From Okeania sp. (GTDB lineage: Bacteria > Cyanobacteriota > Cyanobacteriia > Cyanobacteriales > Microcoleaceae), in the NCBI RefSeq assembly GCF_035285525.1, contig NZ_JAYKGW010000209.1, positions 1 to 32,000 on the forward strand: a stretch of 32,000 bases of DNA, in the 5' to 3' direction. Positions 8,392-16,561 of the stretch are shown one piece after another. The notes beneath the pieces are model-generated. The model saw nothing but the letters and a program-made list of their open reading frames with translations. It was not told where the DNA came from and did not search any database. Numbering within the stretch: position 1 is the first letter of the stretch; each line of letters opens with the position of its first letter. The translations under genes were made by a program, and so were the position numbers.

Positions 8392-9840
8392 ATGCTGGAA
8401 TCAATAGAAAAATTATTAGTAAATCTAGGTCAATTGTTTACAACTCCTCTACTCTATATAGGAGATACTAATATATCTTTAAGTTTACTTTTTCAATTAA
8501 GTATATATTTAATTATAGCCCTGCTTTTAGGTAGAATATTCAAAAATTTACTCACCAAAGTATTGTTAGTAAAACTAGGTATAGATAAAGCTAATCGAGA
8601 AGCAATATCAACAATTTTTAGCTATGGAATTAGCAGTTTAGGAATATTAGTTATTCTCCAAACCCAAGGTTTTAATGTTTCTTCATTAGCAGTTTTAGCT
8701 GGGGGTTTGGGTGTCGGTATTGGTTTAGGTTTTCAGAATATTACAAAAAACTTTATTAGTGGTTTGAATGTATTAATAGAAAGACCGATTAAAATAGGAG
8801 ATTTTATTCAATTAGAGAATGATTTAGGTTTTGTGGAAGAAATTGGTTTACGTTCAACCAGAATTAGAACTTTACAGGATAGTCATGTGATTATTCCTAA
8901 TGGTATGTTAATAGAAGGGAAAATACATAATTTAACTTACGATAATTTTCAAGGCAGAATTGAAGTTGATGTTTTTGTTTCTGATGATAGTGACCCAGTA
9001 TTAGTTACGGAAGCTATTTTAATGGCAGCTTATATGGAACCAGCAGTATTACGAGAACCTCATCCAAAAGTTTTGTTTTTAGGTTTTGAAGATAATGCTT
9101 TTAGATTTCAATTATGGGCATGGGTAAATGAAATCTATAATGAACCGCTTTATATGAGTTCTTTACGATTTTCAATTCAGCATAATTTGGATAAACAAGG
9201 TGTTTTAGTTCCTTGGGATCATTTTAATATTTATTTTCACCATCCACCGCATTCTAAAAATTCAGAATCATCTCCAAATACTATTCTTCACGGGTTAAAA
9301 AACTATGAGTCTATATCTGATAAACCTTTATCAGCTAGAGATTTATTAAAGCAAGTTACTTATTTTGAAAATTTTACTAATTTGGAGTTAAGAAAACTAA
9401 TTGAAGTAGGATATAGAAAACGTCTCAAACGATTAGATTTTTTATTCCATGAAGGAGAACCTGGTGATACTTTTTATATTATTCTTTCTGGTTCTGTAGA
9501 GGTTTTTGTGGAAAAAATTAATAAGCATTTGATTACTCTTAAAGCGGGAAAATTTTTCGGAGAATTATCTTTAATGTTAGGTATTCCTCGGACGGCTTCT
9601 GTGAGGGCAATTGAAGATACTATTTTATTTGCAATTCATAAAAAAGGCTTTGAAAAAATGTTGCATGAAAATCCAGAATTAGCAGAGGTAATAGTACAAG
9701 AGTTTGGTAAACATCAAGAGGAATTATTGGAACGTCAAAATGAGCTAAGGGAAATGGGGTTAGTTGATGCACAAGAATATGATAAAAATATTCTGGTTTG
9801 GGTAAGAAACCGTCTCAAGAATTTGTTTAATTTGAATTAA
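8392..9840 (+). CDS. MscS-family mechanosensitive channel fused to a C-terminal cyclic-nucleotide-binding (CAP_ED) domain
   Basis: N-terminal TM helices followed by the MscS beta-domain signature (ERPIKIGDFI...G.VEEIGLRSTRIRT). The C-terminal cNMP domain shows FHEGEPGDTFYIILSG and FGELSLMLGIPRTASVRA. Confidence 0.85.
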   Translation: MLESIEKLLVNLGQLFTTPLLYIGDTNISLSLLFQLSIYLIIALLLGRIFKNLLTKVLLVKLGIDKANREAISTIFSYGISSLGILVILQTQGFNVSSLAVLAGGLGVGIGLGFQNITKNFISGLNVLIERPIKIGDFIQLENDLGFVEEIGLRSTRIRTLQDSHVIIPNGMLIEGKIHNLTYDNFQGRIEVDVFVSDDSDPVLVTEAILMAAYMEPAVLREPHPKVLFLGFEDNAFRFQLWAWVNEIYNEPLYMSSLRFSIQHNLDKQGVLVPWDHFNIYFHHPPHSKNSESSPNTILHGLKNYESISDKPLSARDLLKQVTYFENFTNLELRKLIEVGYRKRLKRLDFLFHEGEPGDTFYIILSGSVEVFVEKINKHLITLKAGKFFGELSLMLGIPRTASVRAIEDTILFAIHKKGFEKMLHENPELAEVIVQEFGKHQEELLERQNELREMGLVDAQEYDKNILVWVRNRLKNLFNLN

Positions 9841-10390
9841 TTAGGAATTAGGAAGAGGGAAAAAGGAGGAAGAAGTAATAGCGATCGCTTCCCTTTTCAA
9901 CTAATCGGCATTCAACTCTACAGTGGGGTGAGACCTAGAAACCCGGTTTCTGTTTCCAGTGCATAACAGAGAAAGAAGGGGGAAGGAAGATGAAAAACCA
10001 CCTTTGTCCATTTTTTATAATTCACATTTCCCAAAAAAAATTTTTATAGCAGATTCTTGAAGTTATCAGGACTAAAGCGATGATGAAGGAGTTTTAGGCA
10101 TTTGAGATTGCTATCAGTCCGGAATGGGACCCATTCATGTCGCGGAGCGAAACGCTGTCGTTCGTATCGGAAAAATTGCGTTGCTTTGCGTAAGTCCTGG
10201 TTATATCATGTTCGGTTAAATAGTTATGATTAGGATATAGATGGAATAGATGGAAGAGATACCTCAAACGAGATTGCTTCCTTGCACTCCGTTCCAGTCG
10301 ATTGTAAGCGACATCCGAACATGACATGATCAGGATTTACACAAAGGCGCTATATATAGAGTCTTGGTGCGTTACACTTCTTCCTGCTTC

Positions 10391-12442
10391 TCAGCTATTT
10401 GTTGAACCAAACAATAGCATGGAACAAGTTAAATTTTGGATTACTTCCATAGTAATATTACTAACTGCTAACCCACCAGCAGTACGACGGCGAATCGAAC
10501 GCAAAATAACTAAATCAACATATTTTGATTCTTGGGTAATCACACGGGAAGCATCATCATGGCGAACTGTTTTAATTTCTGTTTTCACCTGAAAACCTGA
10601 CTGATAAATTATAGTCGATAACTGAGATTCAAAATCATTCATCTGTTGTTCAGCAGTTCTCGGATCGCAAACATGGAGAAATGTTACTTCCCCTTGATTT
10701 GTATCTGCAAACATTAGGGAAAAAGTAATTTCTTGCAAAGTTTGTGGCGTTATATGCTTCAGAGGAACTAAGATCACACGAATATTAGTCGGTTCATCTA
10801 ACAAACGCATTACAGCTACCGGACAGTGACAAGAGCCAAACACATTGTTAATAATATTGCCAAATAAACGCGAACGCAAACCACCTATTTCACTCCATCC
10901 CATAACAATGAGATCGGCATTTTTCTCTTTTGCGGTGCGACTTATTCCTTCCGCAATATCATCATCAATTCTAATATCAGGTTGAGCTTCAACCTGAAAT
11001 TCTTTACTGATCTCCACAGCACGATTCAGTAAACGCCGATTCATGCGCATGGCACTATCTAGTTCTATCTCATCCATGTGAACATGAGCTTGGACAATAG
11101 ATAATGGGATAATAAATCCTGATTGATGACGAGCTAAAAGTGCTGCCATTTCCACTAAATATATTACTGTGAGGCGATTATTTACTGGAACTAATACAGT
11201 AAAAGGATCGACTTTACCATCTTCAGCATATTTTTGTTTACTTATTATCTTGTCAGTTTTGATATCTATTTGAGGTAGTGGCAACCGACTAGCAAATATA
11301 GTAGTCATCAAAGGTCCCAAAATAGATGTCACTAACATTAAAACTATAATACTATTGAATACTGATTCAGAAATTAATCCCACATTGAAACCAACTAATG
11401 CTGCTGCTAGGGTTGCTGCTACTTGTGGTATTGATAGAGACCACATAGTAAAAGCTTGATTCCAACTATAACGGTAAATAATTTTAGCGATCGCTGCTGC
11501 TAAGAATTTACTTCCTACTAAAGCAACTACTATTCCCAGAGTTAGTGCAAAGTTGTTGGTGAGACTTTCTATAAATGCTTGTATATCTAAAAGTAAACCC
11601 ATACCCACAAAGAAAAAAGGTATAAATAGGGTGCTACCAACAAATTCAATTTTTTCCTTGACTGGACCTGTACCTACGAGATCGTTAACTGCTAAACCTG
11701 CTAAAAATGCACCTATAATTTTATCAACATTGATTAACTCTGCACCAACTGATGCCAAAAATACTGCTAACAAAATAAACAAAAATTGATTGCTTTCTTG
11801 GTCTCCAGTGCGCCGGAAATATTGTCTTCCTACTGAGTCTAAACCGAATAATACTCCGACTGAATATAATCCTAAAGCGATTAACTGTACGCTTAAACTA
11901 GCTACAGAAAATTCTCCAGCATGAATTGATACACAAATTGCTAATACTAACAATGCAGCAATATCTGTAAAAATTGTTGCACCGATGGTGACAGTCACAG
12001 CTTCATTACTTACTACCCCTAAGCGGTTCACAATGGGAAAACCTAACAAAGTATGGGAAGCAAGTAAAGAACCAATGAGAACAGAAGAGTTCCAACCAAA
12101 GCCAAATATTTTCCCTAAGAGAAGACCACCAATGAGCGGTAGTGCAAAGGTAGCCATGCCAAAACCCAGGGAACGTTCTTTAGTTTTCCGGAACTCAGCG
12201 AGATCAATTTCTAGTCCGGCAACGAACATTAAATATATTTTGCCTATTTCTGTGAATAATTTCATTGCCTGATCGTCAGAAGTTAGAAGTTGAATCCCAC
12301 TGGGTCCTAAAATAACTCCAGCAACCAATAAACCTACTAACCCAGGAAGACGCAAACGCTCAAAAATTGGCGGTACAGTTAAGATGACTGCTAAAAGAAT
12401 AGTAAATGGAACGATAGGAGTATCTGGTAAAAATTGTAGCAT
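10391..12442 (-). CDS. CPA2-type cation:proton (Na+/H+ or K+/H+) antiporter with a C-terminal tandem USP-like domain
   Basis: The 683-aa ORF has about 12 TM helices of the Na_H_Exchanger type (LPGLVGLLVAGVILGP...), then a soluble tail of about 280 aa with the alternating beta-alpha pattern of universal-stress-protein folds (ADLIVMGW..., VDLVILRS). Confidence 0.82.
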   Translation of the reverse strand: MLQFLPDTPIVPFTILLAVILTVPPIFERLRLPGLVGLLVAGVILGPSGIQLLTSDDQAMKLFTEIGKIYLMFVAGLEIDLAEFRKTKERSLGFGMATFALPLIGGLLLGKIFGFGWNSSVLIGSLLASHTLLGFPIVNRLGVVSNEAVTVTIGATIFTDIAALLVLAICVSIHAGEFSVASLSVQLIALGLYSVGVLFGLDSVGRQYFRRTGDQESNQFLFILLAVFLASVGAELINVDKIIGAFLAGLAVNDLVGTGPVKEKIEFVGSTLFIPFFFVGMGLLLDIQAFIESLTNNFALTLGIVVALVGSKFLAAAIAKIIYRYSWNQAFTMWSLSIPQVAATLAAALVGFNVGLISESVFNSIIVLMLVTSILGPLMTTIFASRLPLPQIDIKTDKIISKQKYAEDGKVDPFTVLVPVNNRLTVIYLVEMAALLARHQSGFIIPLSIVQAHVHMDEIELDSAMRMNRRLLNRAVEISKEFQVEAQPDIRIDDDIAEGISRTAKEKNADLIVMGWSEIGGLRSRLFGNIINNVFGSCHCPVAVMRLLDEPTNIRVILVPLKHITPQTLQEITFSLMFADTNQGEVTFLHVCDPRTAEQQMNDFESQLSTIIYQSGFQVKTEIKTVRHDDASRVITQESKYVDLVILRSIRRRTAGGLAVSNITMEVIQNLTCSMLLFGSTNS

Positions 12443-12624
12443 ATCTGTTCAATAATTGATAATTAATGGTAGTCCTGCATAGTAATGATATACAGGAAAT
12501 AAGGAATACCTAATGTCGCAGCAAGATGCTCTCACTGTGCCTCCTAATCAAGGTAATGAAAATGCACGACCATTACAATGCACCACTACCGTAATTTTTG
12601 CCTTTTTTTTAACCTTGAAATTTC

Positions 12625-12713
12625 AGGACTTACGCAAAGGTACTACCTATAGATTTAAAAAACTATTGTGCAATAGTTTTTGAAGCTACATATAGCTTCC
12701 CTGCGTAAGTCCT
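12625..12713. repeat. MITE-like element with AGGACTTACGCA / TGCGTAAGTCCT termini and a central AAAAACTATTG..CAATAGTTTTT palindrome
   Basis: A 12-bp terminal inverted repeat and the internal palindrome are read directly. The same family occurs at 19857-19943 and 22230-22318, with half or partial copies at 16405-16470, 20383-20436 and 30310-30354. Confidence 0.85.
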
Positions 12714-12729
12714 AATTTTAACAGTCTTT

Positions 12730-12829
12730 GGACTAAAGCCATGTGAACCCAGAAACCCGGTTTCTCCAGGATGTTTATTGTCAAAAACAATAATTTACCG
12801 TAAAAACCGGGTTTCTTTGCATAAGTCCT
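12730..12829. repeat. Second MITE-like element (GGACTAAAGC ... GCATAAGTCC termini) with two AGAAACCCGGTTTCT-type hairpins
   Basis: The termini are imperfect inverted repeats. The AGAAACCCGGTTTCT hairpin is also at 9938-9952. Confidence 0.65.
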
Positions 12830-12857
12830 AATAAAATCAATCCTGACAATATATTAC

Positions 12858-12925
12858 CCCTACTCCCTTACTCCCTACTCCCTACTCCCTTACTCCCTTA
12901 CTCCCTACTCCCTACTCCCTACTCT
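12858..12925. repeat. Heptamer tandem repeat (CTCCCTA/CTCCCTT, about 10 copies), STRR-type
   Basis: Direct reading. It lies immediately 3' of the LysR gene stop codon. Confidence 0.95.
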
Positions 12926-12932
12926 AGTAATA

Positions 12933-13871
12933 TTATTGACTAACAAGATGGGAACTAACATCCTTTTTTTGAGTATATTCTTGAATGTATTCCAAAAATG
13001 CTTGCGCTATAACTGATAATTGTTTCCCATCTAAATAGGATATATACCACTGTCGCTGAATGGGAAAACCTTTAACTTCTAAAGTAGTAAGTTCCAACTC
13101 AGAACCTTGACTATATAAGGTATGTTCCGACAAAACAGAAATTCCTAACCCACCGGCGATCGCTTGTTTAATCGCCTCATTACAATTAAGTTCTAAACGC
13201 ACGTTCACAGAAATTTTGTGTTTAGCAAAAAGTTGTTGTACTGCTTTGCGCGTACCAGAACCCTGTTCTCGCATAATAAAAGCTTCATTTATGAGACGTT
13301 TAATTGGTATATTTTTCTGCTTTGCCAAGGGATGATTTTTGTTAGCCACTAAAACCAAGGGATTATCCATTATCGGTTCTCTACATAAAGGAATATCTTC
13401 TGGTGGTTGACTCATTATATATAGATCGTCTTGGTTTTCCAACATTCGCCTAGCGATCTGTTGATGGTTTGTTACTTCTAGAGCAACATCAATTTTGGGA
13501 TATTTTTGGCAGAAATAACCTAAGATTCTAGGAACAAAATATTTAGCAGTTGTCACCACGGCTAAACTTAACTTTCCTTGTTTTGTACCTTTACTATCGG
13601 CAACTAACATTTCAAAGCGATCTAGTTGTCCAAATACTTCCTGACAAGTAGCCAATAATTCTTGACCAATGTCAGTTAAGTAAAGTTGTTTACCTATTTG
13701 CTCAAATAAAGGCATCCCTACTGTCTGGGTGAGCTGCTTCATTTGACTTGAGACAGTGGGTTGGGTAATGAATAATTCTTCAGCAGCTTTAGTAAAGCTA
13801 CCATAACTAGCTACTGTCCGAAACACTCTTAACTGATGTAAAGTTGCCTGAATCAAGGACTTTTCCTCCAA
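12933..13871 (-). CDS. LysR-type transcriptional regulator of the CbbR/RbcR/CmpR group
   Basis: ATLHQLRVFRTVASYGSFTKAAEELFITQPTVSSQMKQL HTH region, then LFEQIGKQLYLT and a co-inducer domain (GSGTR, NEAIKQAIAGGLGISVLS) that closely resembles CmpR/RbcR as I remember them. It is divergent from a bicA-like gene. The ORF-track start is a TTG, so the exact start is uncertain. Confidence 0.85.
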   Translation of the reverse strand: MEEKSLIQATLHQLRVFRTVASYGSFTKAAEELFITQPTVSSQMKQLTQTVGMPLFEQIGKQLYLTDIGQELLATCQEVFGQLDRFEMLVADSKGTKQGKLSLAVVTTAKYFVPRILGYFCQKYPKIDVALEVTNHQQIARRMLENQDDLYIMSQPPEDIPLCREPIMDNPLVLVANKNHPLAKQKNIPIKRLINEAFIMREQGSGTRKAVQQLFAKHKISVNVRLELNCNEAIKQAIAGGLGISVLSEHTLYSQGSELELTTLEVKGFPIQRQWYISYLDGKQLSVIAQAFLEYIQEYTQKKDVSSHLVSQ

Positions 13872-14020
13872 TAATCAGAAATATAAAGAAAAACTTAAGA
13901 CTTATATAAGTAATTGCAAACTATTAGGTATTGCATTCTTGATTAATTTTTATCATAATTCTTAACATAGACTAAAGTCAATAGTTAATAAAAACTACAT
14001 TGACTAAATTAAATAGAACA

Positions 14021-14335
14021 GGGCGTGACATTTGTAGTCATCTTGAGATGACTCAGCTATCAGCCAAGGATTAAAATCCTTGGCCAGCCATCGGGTATAT
14101 GGTTAACATCAGGTTGCATTAATTAACCGAAATACAAAAAGATAGGGCGCGACATTTGTAGTCATCTTGAGATGACTTCAGCTATCAGCCAAGGATTTCA
14201 ATCCTTGGGGAGCCATCGGGTGTATGGTTAATATGAGGTGGGATTAATTAACCACAATACAAAAAGACAAAGCACGACATTTGTAGTCATCTTGAGATGA
14301 CTTCAGCTATTAGCCAAGGATTGAAGTCCTTAGCT
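14021..14335 (+). repeat. Tandem repeat of ~124-125 bp (2 full copies plus a 65-bp third copy) filling the regulator/bicA intergenic region
   Basis: Copies start at 14021, 14145 and 14270. Each carries AGTCATC-TTGA-GATGACT and CCAAGGA-N6-TCCTTGG hairpins. The full copies also carry GGTTAA-N16-TTAACC. The array ends 38 nt before the bicA ATG. Confidence 0.95.
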
Positions 14336-14373
14336 ACCTAATAAAAAAAAGAAGATAACAATAATATAAAACA

Positions 14374-16095
14374 ATGGCTACGCAAGTATTTAACAAAATC
14401 AATTTCAGAAACGTTAAGGGCGATATGTTCGGTGGTTTAACTGCTGCTGTTATCGCTCTCCCTATGGCACTCGCCTTCGGTGTTGCCTCTGGTGCCGGAC
14501 CTGCTGCTGGTTTATACGGTGCCGTATTAGTTGGTTTATTCGCCGCACTGTTTGGAGGTACTCCAACTCTAATTTCCGAACCCACCGGACCAATGACCGT
14601 AGTAATGACTGCGGTGATTGCTCACCTAACCGCTTCCAACCCAGAAAATGGCATGGCAATGGCTTTCACAGTAGTAATGCTAGCTGGTTTATTCCAAATT
14701 GGTTTTGGTTTATTAAAGTTGGGTAAATACATTACCATGATGCCTTACAATGTGGTTTCTGGCTTCATGTCAGGCATCGGTCTCATTCTGATTATCCTGC
14801 AAATAGGTCCGTTTCTCGGACAAGCTAGTCCGAAGGGTGGTGTAGTTGGAACAATCCAGAATATTCCCGAACTTTTAACGAATATTAATCCCATAGAAAC
14901 AGGTTTAGCAGTTCTGACAGTAGTTATCCTGTTCACCATGCCAGCTAAACTCAAGAAAATTGTTCCAGCACCATTAGTAGCATTAGTAGTTGGAACCGTG
15001 ATTTCCGTTGTATTGTTCTCAGGTACTGAAATTCGTCGCATTGGTGAAATTCCTAGTGGTCTTCCTAGCTTACACTTACCTTACTTTACTCCGGAACAGT
15101 TACAGTTAATGGTAGTTGATGCTGTAGTATTAGCAATGCTTGGTTGTATTGATGCTCTATTAACTTCTGTCGTTGCTGACAGTTTAACTCGGACTCAACA
15201 CGATTCTGATAAAGAATTGATTGGTCAAGGTTTAGGTAACTTAGCTTCGGGTTTGTTTGGTGGTATTGCTGGTGCTGGTGCAACTATGGGTACTGTTGTT
15301 AATATCAATACAGGCGCTCGTACTGCTTTATCAGGTATCACTCGTGCTGTAATTTTGATGGTGGTAGTTTTGGGAGCTGGTAGTTTAACAGCACAAATCC
15401 CGATGGCTGTTTTAGCAGGTATTGCTCTCCAAGTTGGGATTAAAATTATTGACTGGGGTTTCCTCAAGCGTGCCCATAATATCTCCTGGAAATCGGCAAT
15501 TATTATGTACGTTGTGATTGGTCTAACTGTATTTGTTGACTTGATTGCTGCTGTAGGTATTGGGGTATTTATTGCTAATGTTCTGACTATTGATCGCTTG
15601 ACTCAGCTCAAATCTGAAGATGTTAAAGCTATCACTGATGCTGATGATGCAATTATCTTGGATAATGATGAGAAAGAATTATTAGATCGTGCTGAAGGTC
15701 GAATTTTACTGTTCCATTTGAGTGGTCCGATGATATTTGGTGTTTCTAAAGCTATTTCTCGTCAGCACACACTTTTGAATAACTATGAAGTCTTGATTGT
15801 AGATTTGAGTGAAGTACCTCACATGGGTGTAACTTCTGCTCTAGCAATAGAAAATGCGATTCAAGAAACTCTTGATACAGGTCGTGCAGTATTCGTTGTT
15901 GGTGCTGCTGGAAGTGTAAAACGACGGTTAGAAAAATTGGGAGTTTTGAATATTGTACCTTCACAAAATCAATTGATGGATCGAAAGCAAGCATTGGTTA
16001 AAGCTGTGAGTTTAGTTACTTCTGATATTAGTGTTAATAGTGCTGTTCTTAATGGAACTCAAAGTCAATCTCCAATAGATACTCTGATTAAATAG
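14374..16095 (+). CDS. bicA: SulP-family, STAS-domain, Na+-dependent bicarbonate transporter (BicA-type)
   Basis: The 573-aa ORF is very close over its length to the Synechococcus PCC 7002 BicA sequence as I recall it (FRN.KGD.FGGLTAAVIALPMALAFGVASGAG, FGGTPTLISEPTGPMTVVMTAVIAH, CIDALLTSVVADSLTRT.H.S.KELIGQGLGN). It has a C-terminal STAS domain (LLFHLSGPMIFG). Confidence 0.85.
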   Translation: MATQVFNKINFRNVKGDMFGGLTAAVIALPMALAFGVASGAGPAAGLYGAVLVGLFAALFGGTPTLISEPTGPMTVVMTAVIAHLTASNPENGMAMAFTVVMLAGLFQIGFGLLKLGKYITMMPYNVVSGFMSGIGLILIILQIGPFLGQASPKGGVVGTIQNIPELLTNINPIETGLAVLTVVILFTMPAKLKKIVPAPLVALVVGTVISVVLFSGTEIRRIGEIPSGLPSLHLPYFTPEQLQLMVVDAVVLAMLGCIDALLTSVVADSLTRTQHDSDKELIGQGLGNLASGLFGGIAGAGATMGTVVNINTGARTALSGITRAVILMVVVLGAGSLTAQIPMAVLAGIALQVGIKIIDWGFLKRAHNISWKSAIIMYVVIGLTVFVDLIAAVGIGVFIANVLTIDRLTQLKSEDVKAITDADDAIILDNDEKELLDRAEGRILLFHLSGPMIFGVSKAISRQHTLLNNYEVLIVDLSEVPHMGVTSALAIENAIQETLDTGRAVFVVGAAGSVKRRLEKLGVLNIVPSQNQLMDRKQALVKAVSLVTSDISVNSAVLNGTQSQSPIDTLIK

Positions 16096-16170
16096 AAGTA
16101 TTCAAAAAAGATAACAGGTTTGACTAAAGATTAAAAATCAGAAACAGGCGATCGCTTTGGTTTTCTGAGT

Positions 16171-16210
16171 GTAGGGGTGAATAGCATTCGCCCCTACAAT
16201 ATTTTTATTC
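16171..16210 (+). terminator. Candidate intrinsic terminator of bicA (also a member of the GTAGGGGCGAAT...CCCCTAC repeat family)
   Basis: GTAGGGGTGAAT-AGC-ATTCGCCCCTAC gives a 12-bp stem with one G.U, followed by AATATTTTTATT. It lies 76 nt after the bicA stop. Confidence 0.6.
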
Positions 16211-16561
16211 AACTATACTTCTCCAGAAAAGAGGTATGGGGGCAATAGGCAATAGGAAGAAGTAATAAAAATCCGGTTGAATACTCGTTATATAGTTGTG
16301 GGTGATAGGGTGATGAGGTGATTAAAGTGTAGATAAAATTATGAACATATACACTTGTAACCGGATTCTATATAATTCATAATTTCTGGATAAGATATAG
16401 ATCGAGACTTAGGCAAAGCTACTATATATAATATATAGAGTTCAAAAACTATTGCGTATGGGGTTTTAAGCACTATATCTAGCGCTTATTGCACTTTAGC
16501 GATCGCCTATGATACATTATTTTATTACTTCAATCATTGCTGTTACTGTACCTCACCATCC

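Noticed and set aside
9841-10390. Possible structured ncRNA (ATGGGACCCAT palindrome, AGCGAAACGCT hairpin, TCATGTTCGG/CCGAACATGA long-range pairing)
   Set aside because: The interval is flanked and interrupted by MITE termini (CAGGACTAAAGC, TGCGTAAGTCCTGG, CAGGATTTACAC), and the hairpins resemble dispersed-repeat modules. I cannot match it to any RNA family by eye.
10094-10592. 77-aa (-) and 88-aa (+) ORFs near the antiporter 3' end
   Set aside because: The first spans MITE termini (TGCGTAAGTCCT) and hairpin repeats in a spacer. The second is mostly antisense to the antiporter gene.
11553-12272. Plus-strand ORFs of 78 and 95 aa
   Set aside because: They are antisense to the antiporter CDS.
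14021-14335. Possible CRISPR array or mobile-element insertion
   Set aside because: The units are directly abutting ~124-bp repeats without unique spacers. I saw no terminal inverted repeats, target duplication, or similarity to the other repeat families. It is kept as a regulatory or structured-leader candidate instead.
14334-15994. Six minus-strand ORFs (65-98 aa)
   Set aside because: All are antisense to the bicA-like CDS and are Pro/Ala/Thr-rich mirror translations.
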